The notes under the pieces: model-generated | Told to the model about the DNA's origin: nothing | The model's database searches: none | The model's input: only the letters and a program-made list of their open reading frames with translations | Shown: positions 9,537 to 18,333 of the stretch, piece after piece | How the letters are laid out: the number at the start of each line of letters is the position of its first letter | Numbering within the stretch: the stretch's first letter is position 1 | Position numbers and translations under genes: made by a program | From: a virus | Taxonomy: Duplodnaviria; Caudoviricetes | Virus record (IMG/VR): IMGVR_UViG_3300036713_000599 | Direction: 5' to 3' (one strand) | DNA length: 64,000 bases

Positions 9537-10454
9537 ATGTACGTTTCGTACTCGGGTTTTAAGTTATTTAGTTCGTGTGCCTACGCTTATTGGCACCAAT
9601 ATGTCAACAAGACGGAGCTAGACGAACCTGACGACAGAAGCGGTTCTTTGTATGGTTCGATTATTGGGATAATTTTTGAGGATTTCTACAACGAGGAAAT
9701 GTGGCGCGACCCGTCCACAGTGCGGGAAAACCTCTCTCAGAAGGTCAGACACACAACAGATAAGGTTATTCGACAGGAGACCTCCCCCTCTTGGAGAGGG
9801 GCTGGCGGGGTAATCAGGTGGCGAGGCGAAGGGAAGGACCATAACCCTAAAGGTATGTACTCGAACAAAGAGGAGCTGATCGAGGACATTCGTAAATCGA
9901 TCCCACAGGGGCTAAAAACTATTAAGTTTGGTCGCTTTCTCGGCCCATACGCTCGGGCAGAGGTCCGGTTGGATCAGATCGTCCAAGGGCACAAGATCGG
10001 CGGTAGGGCCGATTTCATTATCCATCGCATCAAGCCTCATAACGATATCGTTATCATTGACGGCAAGGGCTCGAAATGGGGTGGTAAGTACGTAGACCCG
10101 CGACAGCTCTATTGGTACGGCATGTTGTACCAATTACAACATGGTCGGCTGCCAGACAAACTTGGATTTTTGTACTGGAGGTTCCCTCCCCCTCGCAGTA
10201 TAGATTGGGTGGAGTTTTCGGAGGCAGACACCGAGAGTTTGTTGGAGGAAGTCCTTTCGGCTATCGACAAGATCGAGGAGTTCTCTTCCAACATACCGGC
10301 GGGACTGGACTTTGTCGATCGAATGGATTGCGCCAAGAGACTATTCAAGCCCAAAGCCAATGAAAATAACTGTAGGTTCTGTCCGTACGCAACCCCCTCC
10401 TTGTGTACTTGGGGCGCGTCAGTTGCTCGGAAGATAAAATCTAAGAAGCCGTAG
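9537..10454 (+). CDS. PD-(D/E)XK nuclease, RecB/Cas4-like, with probable 4Fe-4S staple
   Basis: SYSGFKLFSSCAY (Cys1), GRADFII...IIDGKGSK, QLYWY, and C-terminal NCRFCPY...LC (three Cys). Confidence 0.82.
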   Translation: MYVSYSGFKLFSSCAYAYWHQYVNKTELDEPDDRSGSLYGSIIGIIFEDFYNEEMWRDPSTVRENLSQKVRHTTDKVIRQETSPSWRGAGGVIRWRGEGKDHNPKGMYSNKEELIEDIRKSIPQGLKTIKFGRFLGPYARAEVRLDQIVQGHKIGGRADFIIHRIKPHNDIVIIDGKGSKWGGKYVDPRQLYWYGMLYQLQHGRLPDKLGFLYWRFPPPRSIDWVEFSEADTESLLEEVLSAIDKIEEFSSNIPAGLDFVDRMDCAKRLFKPKANENNCRFCPYATPSLCTWGASVARKIKSKKP

Positions 10455-10474
10455 TGGCGGTGTAGGAGACTAAC

Positions 10475-10756
10475 ATGGCGACAATCACTCAGTTGAAACA
10501 GCGTGTCGAGAACGCTCTTGCTCGACACGCAAAGGTTAACCGGAAAAGGGATGAGTTGAGAGGTCAGTTAGAGGCCAGGAAGAAAGAGTTGGTCGAGATC
10601 GGTGAAGAGATACAGGCAGCTGGATTTGACCCTCGGCAACTCAAGCAGCAGAGAGATCAGGCCCACGAAGACCTACAGGAGCTTCTCGTCTCGTTTGAGC
10701 AGGACATGCAGGAAGTGGAGTCAGCTCTTGAAGAGTTCGAAAAGGAGAAGAGTTAA
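10475..10756 (+). CDS. Small coiled-coil protein
   Basis: 93 aa, entirely heptad-like; SD AGGAGA upstream. Confidence 0.7.
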   Translation: MATITQLKQRVENALARHAKVNRKRDELRGQLEARKKELVEIGEEIQAAGFDPRQLKQQRDQAHEDLQELLVSFEQDMQEVESALEEFEKEKS

Positions 10757-12016
10757 ATGAAAATTAAGGTGGAGAGTAAGACCCTCAATGAGGCCCTTGG
10801 GGTCGCTAGTCTGGTTCCGCCCACGACGATAGTTTCGTCGTCGAATTCAGCGTCTGGGCAAGGCTCTGGTTATCTTTTTGAGGTCAAGGACGGTAAGTGT
10901 TCCATCCATAGTCGCGACCAGACACACCGTGTGAAGGTCAACGTCCCTATCCTTGACGCTGAAGGAGACGGGCTCTTTATTTGCCCTTTGGCTATTGTGG
11001 GAGGGCTTAAGTACTTGGATGGTTGGATTGACATTGAGTTTGGTCACAACAAAGATGAGGATTTATATTGGCTGAAGTACACAACAGAAGGGGGAGCCAC
11101 CTCTGAGGTCTCGACCTTTGACCCTCGTTTAATGAAGACAATAGACGATGAGATCTCTGGTGACACCTACGAGGTTCCTTCTGCCATTCTTAAAGATGCT
11201 CTGGTGTGTGTCAACGCTCATGTTGCGACCGCGAACAACGACAGAGTGGGTGAGGTCTACAAGACGCTCCAGTTGTTTGATGCCTCACTTAGTGGCGGCG
11301 ATGGCACTATGTACGGGGCCGACAATATTCGAACATGTTACTACTACTCTCCTACCTTGTGTGGTAAGGTGTTCTCCATCAATACTCGCCATGTTGGTTT
11401 GGTGACTTCTTTCCTGTCCAAGTTCAACGGTTCGGCGATGAAGATCCATATGGGAGAGGCTGTTCGGTTTGTCGAAGCTCCGGATGGATCAGCAGTAGGG
11501 TGGGCCGGTTCAGTTGAGGAACATAAACGGTTTCGGTACTACGCGTACAAGAATGACAGGTATGTCCTGGCGATTCCCAAGACAGAGTTGGTCCGGGCTG
11601 TCAAACATGTGAGTGCGGGCAAGATCGAGAAGATTCGTGTCGAGTACAATCACGAGAACAGGTCTCTGCAGTTTCATGCTAGAGGTCCGAGTGGTTTGAT
11701 TTCCTCGACCCCTGTCGTCACTACCCCTCTTACCGAGGACGACGAAGAGTTTGGTGGCTTGGATGCTGATTCTAAGTCTTTCGGGGCCAACATTTCCACC
11801 GATCACATTAAGGGCATGATCGAACCTGTGAGAGGTCACCAGGTTATCCTTCGGGTGTTTATCATGCCGGAGAGTAAAAATCGCCGTGAGATGGCCCTTT
11901 TCAGGACGGTGGAGGAGTACCATCTCAACGACAACGGTAAGGAAGTCATTTCCGATGATGAAGGCGAGGAGGCCCACCTGTGTCGAGTAACGAGGTATGC
12001 TCCGTCGATGGGCTGA
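10757..12016 (+). CDS. dnaN: DNA polymerase III beta (sliding clamp)-like protein
   Basis: MKIKVESKTLNEAL start, YLFEVKDGKCSIHSRD, YEVPSAILKDAL, MYGADNIR match the three-domain clamp pattern; 419 aa; DnaX is encoded nearby. Confidence 0.7.
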   Translation: MKIKVESKTLNEALGVASLVPPTTIVSSSNSASGQGSGYLFEVKDGKCSIHSRDQTHRVKVNVPILDAEGDGLFICPLAIVGGLKYLDGWIDIEFGHNKDEDLYWLKYTTEGGATSEVSTFDPRLMKTIDDEISGDTYEVPSAILKDALVCVNAHVATANNDRVGEVYKTLQLFDASLSGGDGTMYGADNIRTCYYYSPTLCGKVFSINTRHVGLVTSFLSKFNGSAMKIHMGEAVRFVEAPDGSAVGWAGSVEEHKRFRYYAYKNDRYVLAIPKTELVRAVKHVSAGKIEKIRVEYNHENRSLQFHARGPSGLISSTPVVTTPLTEDDEEFGGLDADSKSFGANISTDHIKGMIEPVRGHQVILRVFIMPESKNRREMALFRTVEEYHLNDNGKEVISDDEGEEAHLCRVTRYAPSMG

Positions 12017-12654
12017 GACAGCGTGTGCGTGCTGCGTCAGCCGAGAGTGTTCGGCTGACGACACTTCGCGACCGTCTTCAGGCCGAAAGAGACGCTAGGC
12101 AACAGGAAGTCGCTGAATTGACTGTCGAAATAGACATCCTGTCGAAGGTTGGGGAATTGTATCAGGTTCTGATGGACACTCTCATCGTGAAACAGATAGA
12201 GGCTGTCGAGGGCCTGGTTACAGAGAGCTTCCAGACAATCTTTGATGATCAGGACTTATCTTTCGAGTCCGAAGTGAGCCAGAAGTATGGCAAGGTGTCG
12301 ATCGACTTCTTTGTGCGCAGTGGGCCAAAGGACAATCCTCTCTCGCATCGCGGTAGGCCCCTTGAGTCTTTTGGGGGCGGCCCCACTAGCATGGCCTCGC
12401 TCATCATACGCTTGCTCACTATCGTCCGACTTAAGCGACACCCTTTACTGCTACTAGACGAGACACTTTTGGCTATATCGGACGAGTATGTTGCAGCCAC
12501 CAGCCAACTTCTCCGAGAACTTTCATCTAAGATGGGGCTGGATATAGTTCTCGTCACACACAAACCCTCATTTGCTGAGCACGCTGATCAGGCGTACCGG
12601 TGTTCTCGTGTTGAAGAAGGTGGCACGGAACACCTGAAGGTTAAGAGGCTCTGA
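11980..12654 (+). CDS. sbcC: SbcC/Rad50-like ATPase, C-terminal half (coiled coil, signature, Walker B, H-loop)
   Basis: GTG at 11980 with GAGGAGG SD at 7-nt spacing; coiled coil, then ESFGGG (signature), LLLLDE (Walker B) and LVTH (H-loop). Confidence 0.82.
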   Translation: MSSNEVCSVDGLRQRVRAASAESVRLTTLRDRLQAERDARQQEVAELTVEIDILSKVGELYQVLMDTLIVKQIEAVEGLVTESFQTIFDDQDLSFESEVSQKYGKVSIDFFVRSGPKDNPLSHRGRPLESFGGGPTSMASLIIRLLTIVRLKRHPLLLLDETLLAISDEYVAATSQLLRELSSKMGLDIVLVTHKPSFAEHADQAYRCSRVEEGGTEHLKVKRL

Positions 12655-13274
12655 TGAGCGACCGTCAAGTTATCAAGGCACGTATCAGGCAACTCTTGTG
12701 TGAGGAATTGGACCGACGTGTGGACGAGGCCCAACAGAGAAGGCCTCGTTTGTGCGCGCATAACAGGGTTCAGTCGCTGGATAGTCGTAAAGAGATCTAC
12801 GGTGAGGTGAACGATGCTTACAATCGGATTGCTGTTGTTGGAAGCAATGTTCCCGTCAGCGAGACGATCGGGCTTTGTATGTTGGGCGCATCCGATATCG
12901 AACAATGGAAGGGTGCTGTCTGTGAGGACGACATGGACGCCATGAGGTGCCCGTATTTCTCACCGACAAAGACAAAGGGAGACATATGGGACGACTTCTG
13001 CCGGGACATATCTGACGCAGGCTGGGTTAGCCAGAACATGCCGGCGATCAGAGAACTCCTGTGGGTTGTGGGTGACCACCCTTTGGGCCTCCCATGGTGG
13101 AAGGATCTGTGGTACCGGTGGGTGCTTCGGATCAAGGTCGTTCCAGCTTTGCCTGTGTCTGATCCCGATCTTCTGCCTCCTGGTCTGGATGAACCACCAT
13201 TGTTGGAAATGCAGGATGGCGCAGGAAGACTGGTCCAGATTCGGAGGTCGAAGGATGAGGACGTCTGTTCTTGA
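12654..13274 (+). CDS. Cys-rich hypothetical protein (possible metal-binding domain)
   Basis: Spaced LCAHNR, GLCMLG, VCED and RCPYF; start overlaps the upstream stop (TGATG). Confidence 0.55.
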   Translation: MSDRQVIKARIRQLLCEELDRRVDEAQQRRPRLCAHNRVQSLDSRKEIYGEVNDAYNRIAVVGSNVPVSETIGLCMLGASDIEQWKGAVCEDDMDAMRCPYFSPTKTKGDIWDDFCRDISDAGWVSQNMPAIRELLWVVGDHPLGLPWWKDLWYRWVLRIKVVPALPVSDPDLLPPGLDEPPLLEMQDGAGRLVQIRRSKDEDVCS

Positions 13275-13851
13275 GATTATTTTGGAGGTGGACAGGGTCC
13301 GACGTCGGGCAGCACCGGCCGGATTTTCTCTTCCTGTGCTTTTAGAGTATACAGATGACCTTAAAAATGCCCCTTTCTTGTCGACGAACACGAGAGGGGT
13401 GTTCCTTCAAACTAGGTTATCCCGGGAAGGGGTTGTTCGGTTCGCCCCCACTCTTTGTCCTCCTGAGCAAGAAGGGAGGCTTGTGGAGGAACTGGTGAAG
13501 ACGCTTTGGGCGATTTCTTGTCGCGAAGGCTGGGCTAATCGGTGTAGTGATCTCGGTGAAGCTCAAGATGTCATGTTGTCTCTAGGTGAGACACCGAAGG
13601 CAGTGGTCGTACCGCCCTCTGTTCTTGAGCAAGCTTGTGGTGAGAAGATGACGATCGAAAGAGCGGAGCATCTGATGGCAATGCAGGGTTACATTGCTCG
13701 AACAAAGGAAGGTTTGTTGGTTCTGTCTGCGGATCTTCCTGAAGGCCGAGCCTTTTTGGCGTCAGGTACGGTTGGGGCTTATGTTCGATCACACAATCAC
13801 GTCGGTGTCTTGATTCGTAGGGCCGACAGGTCCTTGGTGTTAGTGGGATGA
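13255..13851 (+). CDS. Hypothetical protein
   Basis: ATG at 13255 after GGAGG; its stop overlaps the primase start (ATGA). Confidence 0.55.
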   Translation: MRTSVLEIILEVDRVRRRAAPAGFSLPVLLEYTDDLKNAPFLSTNTRGVFLQTRLSREGVVRFAPTLCPPEQEGRLVEELVKTLWAISCREGWANRCSDLGEAQDVMLSLGETPKAVVVPPSVLEQACGEKMTIERAEHLMAMQGYIARTKEGLLVLSADLPEGRAFLASGTVGAYVRSHNHVGVLIRRADRSLVLVG

Positions 13852-14561
13852 GCTGGATCAATACATTCATTGAGTACGCCCACGAACAGCTGACTGGTAG
13901 AGAGCGTGAAGCTCTTTGGTCACGAGGCGTGAGTGATGACCAAATCAGACTGTACCAGATCGGTTACGTCTCGAACGGTCTTCCCTGTGGCCTCGAAGGG
14001 GCCGACGTTTTACGCGAAAAGTACCAAAATACGGGATGGTTACGGGATGTTTTTGTTCTGCCTTTGACCAACACTCTTGGGCAGAACAAAGGATTTCAGC
14101 TCCGGCACGTAGAAGAAGAAAAGAAGGGTTACTCTCATTTCTCTGTTTACGAGGAAGAGCCTGTTCTGTTCGGTCTTGGTCAGGCCATGCGTGCAGCATG
14201 GGAAACCAGGTGCCTGTGGCTCACGGAAGGTGTTTTCGACTTGTTTCCTATTCAGCGGGTGTGCCCCAACGTGATCCCAACATTGACCAACCATTTGTCT
14301 GCGGAGACAGCTCGTTGTCTTCGTAGGGTCGTAGACGAGCTGTGGTTGGCGTATGATATGGATCTAGCGGGAAGAAAAGCTGCTGCTCGTGTCATCAGGG
14401 ATTACAGTGGGCAATTTAGTCGTATACATGATGTTGTTTTTCCAAGAGTTCCTAAATTTAGGGGAGGTAAGGTGAAGGACCCTAATGAACTATGGCTCGC
14501 CTGGGGGGACAACAAAGTGCAGAATTTTATCCGTAACCAGCTAGGAGAGTGTTATGCCTAA
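13848..14561 (+). CDS. dnaG: DnaG-type primase catalytic core (TOPRIM), without Zn-binding domain
   Basis: REALWSRGVSDDQIRLYQIGY, FVLPL...GFQLR, WLTEGVFD (TOPRIM E), LAYDMDLAGRKAA (DxD), KDPNEL. Confidence 0.8.
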   Translation: MSWINTFIEYAHEQLTGREREALWSRGVSDDQIRLYQIGYVSNGLPCGLEGADVLREKYQNTGWLRDVFVLPLTNTLGQNKGFQLRHVEEEKKGYSHFSVYEEEPVLFGLGQAMRAAWETRCLWLTEGVFDLFPIQRVCPNVIPTLTNHLSAETARCLRRVVDELWLAYDMDLAGRKAAARVIRDYSGQFSRIHDVVFPRVPKFRGGKVKDPNELWLAWGDNKVQNFIRNQLGECYA

Positions 14562-15057
14562 GACTTGGGAAGACGCTAAAGACTTGGAACACATTGCCTC
14601 AGGCCTCATCAGTGGCTACCATCCGGAGATCTCCACAGCTCGTATCCTGTACTGCTTTGTGAGTGAGGCTGGTTCAAAAGGGGGCCGCAAGATCCCAGGA
14701 AAGGTCCGTAAGTTCAGTGGGTTCATGGAGTGGGTCCTAAATAAGGACTTTGTCGTTGAGGTTGCTCTGGACATGTGGCTTGAGTTCGATCAGCAACAGA
14801 AGACAGCACTCGTGGACCACCTGCTGGAGAGGTGTTATGGGGAGGAGAACGAAGACTCCGGGGAGATTTCCTGGAAGCTTCGCGAGCCGGATGTCCAGGA
14901 ATTCGGTACAATCCTAAATCGTCATGGAGCCTGGAACTCTGATCTGCATACGTTCGTGAGTATATCTAGAGAGGTTGATCTCGATCAGATAATTGAGGAG
15001 GAAGGTCAAGTTGATCAACTGGAAGAGGAGACGGTACAGGTCGAGAACGAGAGGTAG
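14554..15057 (+). CDS. Phage metallopeptidase-like protein with degenerate HExxH
   Basis: ARILYCF...GKVRK...DFVVEV...W...QQKTALVDHLLERC...PDVQEFGTILNRHGAW fits the putative phage metallopeptidase pattern, but the active-site motif is altered. Confidence 0.6.
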   Translation: MPKTWEDAKDLEHIASGLISGYHPEISTARILYCFVSEAGSKGGRKIPGKVRKFSGFMEWVLNKDFVVEVALDMWLEFDQQQKTALVDHLLERCYGEENEDSGEISWKLREPDVQEFGTILNRHGAWNSDLHTFVSISREVDLDQIIEEEGQVDQLEEETVQVENER

Positions 15058-15060
15058 CGT

Positions 15061-16509
15061 GTGTGGGATATCAAGTACAGGCCCTTGACATTTGACGACG
15101 TTCTAGGACAGGACGGTTCCGTCCAGGTTCTTAGAAACCGTGTGAAGAAAGGCGTTGCCCTAGACACAAGCTACATCTTCTCGGGTGGTTTTGGTCAGGG
15201 GAAAACTACGATTTCTCGCATCCTGGGCCGTGCTTTGTTGTGCCAAGACCCTCAGGAGGACGGTAACCCTTGTAATCAGTGTGACAACTGCAGGGCTATT
15301 TTGAGTGAAGCTTCCAATGCTTTCTTTGAACTCGACGCTGCTAGCAAAGGCACTATCGACAACATCCGTAAAATCGTAGATGACTTAGCCTTCGCAGTCC
15401 CCGGCGCGCCTAAACGGGTTTACATATTCGATGAAATGCATCGCATGTCGCGGGACTCGCAGGATATTTTGCTTAAGCCTCTTGAGGACAGGCGTCTTGT
15501 GGGTATTTTCTGTACAACAGAGCCATCTAAGATTCGGAGCACCATTCGATCAAGATGTGAAGAGTACCCTATCCGACGTATCCCTCGTGAGGCCATTCTT
15601 GAGAGGATGCAGGAAGTCCTGAGGAAGGAGAACGTTGAATTTGAGGATGACGCTGTGCTTACTGTCATCGATTACAGTGACGGGCATGTGCGGGACATCT
15701 ATAACCGTCTGGAGATGGTCGCCCAGCTTGGTAAAATAGATCTACCTACTGTGCGTGAGTACCTGGACTTGTCTCTCGTTTCGAGGTATTATGAAATTCT
15801 ACTCCTTCTTGGAGAACCTTCAAAGGTGATCACTTTGGTGGAGTCGGCCTGTGACCGTGTAGGTGTGGACGATGTGGTTACGGGCCTTGCTGAAGCTGCC
15901 ATGAGTTCGTATCGGCTGGCTCATGGTATTTTTGCTGAGTTTAGTCACGTGGATAAGGATTTGGCGAAGCAGGTCTATTCTGTCTACGGTGACAACGTCG
16001 TGAGGCTTGCTGAATTCTTTCTTCGGCCGGCTCGCCCAACAAAGGTCGGGCTAGTATGTGACGTGGTGAGGTGTGCTGGAGGCGTCCCCGAGGCCACATC
16101 CCAACAGTCTACTGCCCCTCCAGTTGTAGTGGCCGCCCCTGCCGTTCAAGTACCCGTACCGCAACCCTCGCAGACACCTGGACAGCTTTCGGAGCCTCCG
16201 GCTAGCATTGAACCGTCTGTGGAGACAGAGAGACAGCATCAACCTAAAATAGAGGTTAAGCTCTCGCCACCGAAACCGAAACCGTGTGACGAGGTTGGCA
16301 ACCTTGGTTCGAGCGACCCTTGTGCCCTCACCGAGATCGATAAGCGAGTCATCCCGTCCGAGGGCCCTCGCGGCGCTAACGGTAATGTCGTCCAGAAGGT
16401 GCACTTATTTAAGGGCGCTAACGGATCGAGAATGGACGAAATCCTGCCTTCTGAACAATGGGCTCGTGAGTTTTCCCGGTACTTCTTCTCTCCTAGAAAT
16501 GGTGTTTAA
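15061..16509 (+). CDS. dnaX: DNA polymerase III gamma/tau clamp-loader subunit
   Basis: KYRPLTFDDVLGQ, Walker A GGFGQGKTT, PCNQCDNC, ELDAAS, IFDEMH, TIRSRC (SRC motif), Pro-rich tail. Confidence 0.93.
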   Translation: MWDIKYRPLTFDDVLGQDGSVQVLRNRVKKGVALDTSYIFSGGFGQGKTTISRILGRALLCQDPQEDGNPCNQCDNCRAILSEASNAFFELDAASKGTIDNIRKIVDDLAFAVPGAPKRVYIFDEMHRMSRDSQDILLKPLEDRRLVGIFCTTEPSKIRSTIRSRCEEYPIRRIPREAILERMQEVLRKENVEFEDDAVLTVIDYSDGHVRDIYNRLEMVAQLGKIDLPTVREYLDLSLVSRYYEILLLLGEPSKVITLVESACDRVGVDDVVTGLAEAAMSSYRLAHGIFAEFSHVDKDLAKQVYSVYGDNVVRLAEFFLRPARPTKVGLVCDVVRCAGGVPEATSQQSTAPPVVVAAPAVQVPVPQPSQTPGQLSEPPASIEPSVETERQHQPKIEVKLSPPKPKPCDEVGNLGSSDPCALTEIDKRVIPSEGPRGANGNVVQKVHLFKGANGSRMDEILPSEQWAREFSRYFFSPRNGV

Positions 16510-18315
16510 ATGCAGGAAGATTGGGTTGTCCTTGAGCTTTCGCCTCGAAGTGAGGGCGAGGATCCCGACATACTCAGTCGGGGTATTCGTAATTCTCTGA
16601 AGATCCGTGATGCTGAGGTTTTTGTTCCGGCGACTGTGACGCAGGTGGGCGAGGATAGAGCAGTTCACTACTTGGTGGAGGGCTATGTTTTTGTGCGGTA
16701 TACAGGGAACCCGACCCCATTTTTTCGCTCGGAGGGTACCCGTTATGTCCAGTCTGTGTTGCGGGACGGAGAGGGGCGACTATCGTTGGTCGCCAACTCC
16801 GAGATTTTGGGGATGCGGGAGAAGCTTTATCGCGAAGTAGATCAGGGTATTGGTATAGGGGACAGGGTACTGATCTGTTCAGGACCTTACCAGAACATTG
16901 AAGCCACGGTCATTGAAGATATTCCCGAGCAAGGGAAGGTCCAGGTCTATGTCAAACTGAGAAGCAAGCAAACGATTCTGACCTTGCCTCGTCCTTTCCT
17001 CCAGGTTGTAGAGAGAACCCCCCTTTCCGCTTATTTCAGCCGTCTTACGGCCCTTCGGGGTTGGACTCGGCAAGTTCGTCTTATTTTCAAGTGGCCTGCT
17101 GATCGAGACAAAGTTGTTCGTTGTGGTTGGGAGACTCTGGAACTTTTGGACAACTGGGACGATTTTAGTTCTAAGCGAATTGCCTTCATAAAATCTTTTC
17201 ACCGAGACACTCGTATGGCTCTTCTGCGAGACAAGTTGGGTAAATTGTCTCAGTTGGATGAGTGGGTTCGTAGGTCTAGTTCGAGATTTGTTTTCGTTCG
17301 AGCGTGTTGGCGCAATGACCTGGACAGGTGTGCTCGAACGGTCCAGGACAAGCTTGTGGAGCTGTGTTGGTTTGACGATGTGTTGGATCGGATTAATTCG
17401 CTTCAAAAAGAAGTAGAGGTTCTGGCGCATCGTGTCGCCAAGAGAAGGAAAGGTGGAGGCGTGAAGGTTATCCAGAATATTTTGGTCGACGGCCACAATC
17501 TCGCTCACAGATGTTTCCATGCTCCAGGGATATCTGAGCTGAGAGACGAACAAGGACGCCCTACAGGGGCTATTCTGGGTTTTTTGCGTTCCCTATGTGC
17601 TCTTCGGAAAAGATGTCCCGAAGCTCGCGTATATGTCGCTTGGGACGGTAGCTCGAAGCGAAGGAAGGCTATCTACGGAGAATACAAGGCTAACAGAAAA
17701 CCCCCCCTCGAAGGTTTTGTTGCACAGGTGGACTACCTCAGAGCTATTCTACCTTTTTGCGGGGTCTGGCAGGCGGACAGTCCTGACGAGGAGGCTGATG
17801 ACATTTTGGCAGCCTTGGTTCGAGGTCAGTTGAGAGATCAACATAACCTGTTGTTCTCTACGGACCGTGACTTGCTGTCGCTCGTCACAGAGACGACATC
17901 TATGCTCCTGCCCGGAGCAGGTAGTCGTAAGGATGTCGTGCACGGTCCGGCGTCTATCAAAAAATCTTTTGGGGTGGCTCCTTCGACTATTTTAGATTTT
18001 CGTGCATTTTGTGGGGACACTTCTGATAACCTTCCTGGCGTACCCAGAGTGCCTAAAAAGGTCCTGTGTTCTTTAGTTAAGGCCTACGGTTCGATCGATG
18101 GTGTTTACGGTTCAGGGTTGGCAGGGGTCAGTAAAGGGCAATATGAGAGGTTGCGTACAGCCGAACCTCAGGTCAGACTAAATAGGGAACTTATGTCCCT
18201 CATAAATGTCGAGGTTTTTGTGAGGGGCCCGAGTGCAGACGCAGAGAAGGCTGCTCAGCGGCTACGAGAGGTCAACATAGACCCGACCCCGCTCCTTGGG
18301 GTTCTTCTCGGGTGA
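16510..18315 (+). CDS. NusG-like (NGN+KOW) protein fused to a PolI-type 5'-3' exonuclease/flap endonuclease
   Basis: N-terminal WVVL..VFVP..LVEGYVFV..YVQSVL and KOW IGDRVLICSGPYQNIEATV; ~150-aa helical linker; from aa 318 ILVDGHNLAHR, AWDG, YKANR, EEADDILA, STDRDL, GDTSDNLPGVP. One uninterrupted 601-aa frame. Confidence 0.85.
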   Translation: MQEDWVVLELSPRSEGEDPDILSRGIRNSLKIRDAEVFVPATVTQVGEDRAVHYLVEGYVFVRYTGNPTPFFRSEGTRYVQSVLRDGEGRLSLVANSEILGMREKLYREVDQGIGIGDRVLICSGPYQNIEATVIEDIPEQGKVQVYVKLRSKQTILTLPRPFLQVVERTPLSAYFSRLTALRGWTRQVRLIFKWPADRDKVVRCGWETLELLDNWDDFSSKRIAFIKSFHRDTRMALLRDKLGKLSQLDEWVRRSSSRFVFVRACWRNDLDRCARTVQDKLVELCWFDDVLDRINSLQKEVEVLAHRVAKRRKGGGVKVIQNILVDGHNLAHRCFHAPGISELRDEQGRPTGAILGFLRSLCALRKRCPEARVYVAWDGSSKRRKAIYGEYKANRKPPLEGFVAQVDYLRAILPFCGVWQADSPDEEADDILAALVRGQLRDQHNLLFSTDRDLLSLVTETTSMLLPGAGSRKDVVHGPASIKKSFGVAPSTILDFRAFCGDTSDNLPGVPRVPKKVLCSLVKAYGSIDGVYGSGLAGVSKGQYERLRTAEPQVRLNRELMSLINVEVFVRGPSADAEKAAQRLREVNIDPTPLLGVLLG

Positions 18316-18333
18316 GAGGGTTGGGAGTGAACC

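Noticed and set aside
9537-10454. Cas4 as part of a CRISPR adaptation system
   Set aside because: No cas1, cas2 or array; the recombination context fits a RecB/AddB-like exonuclease.
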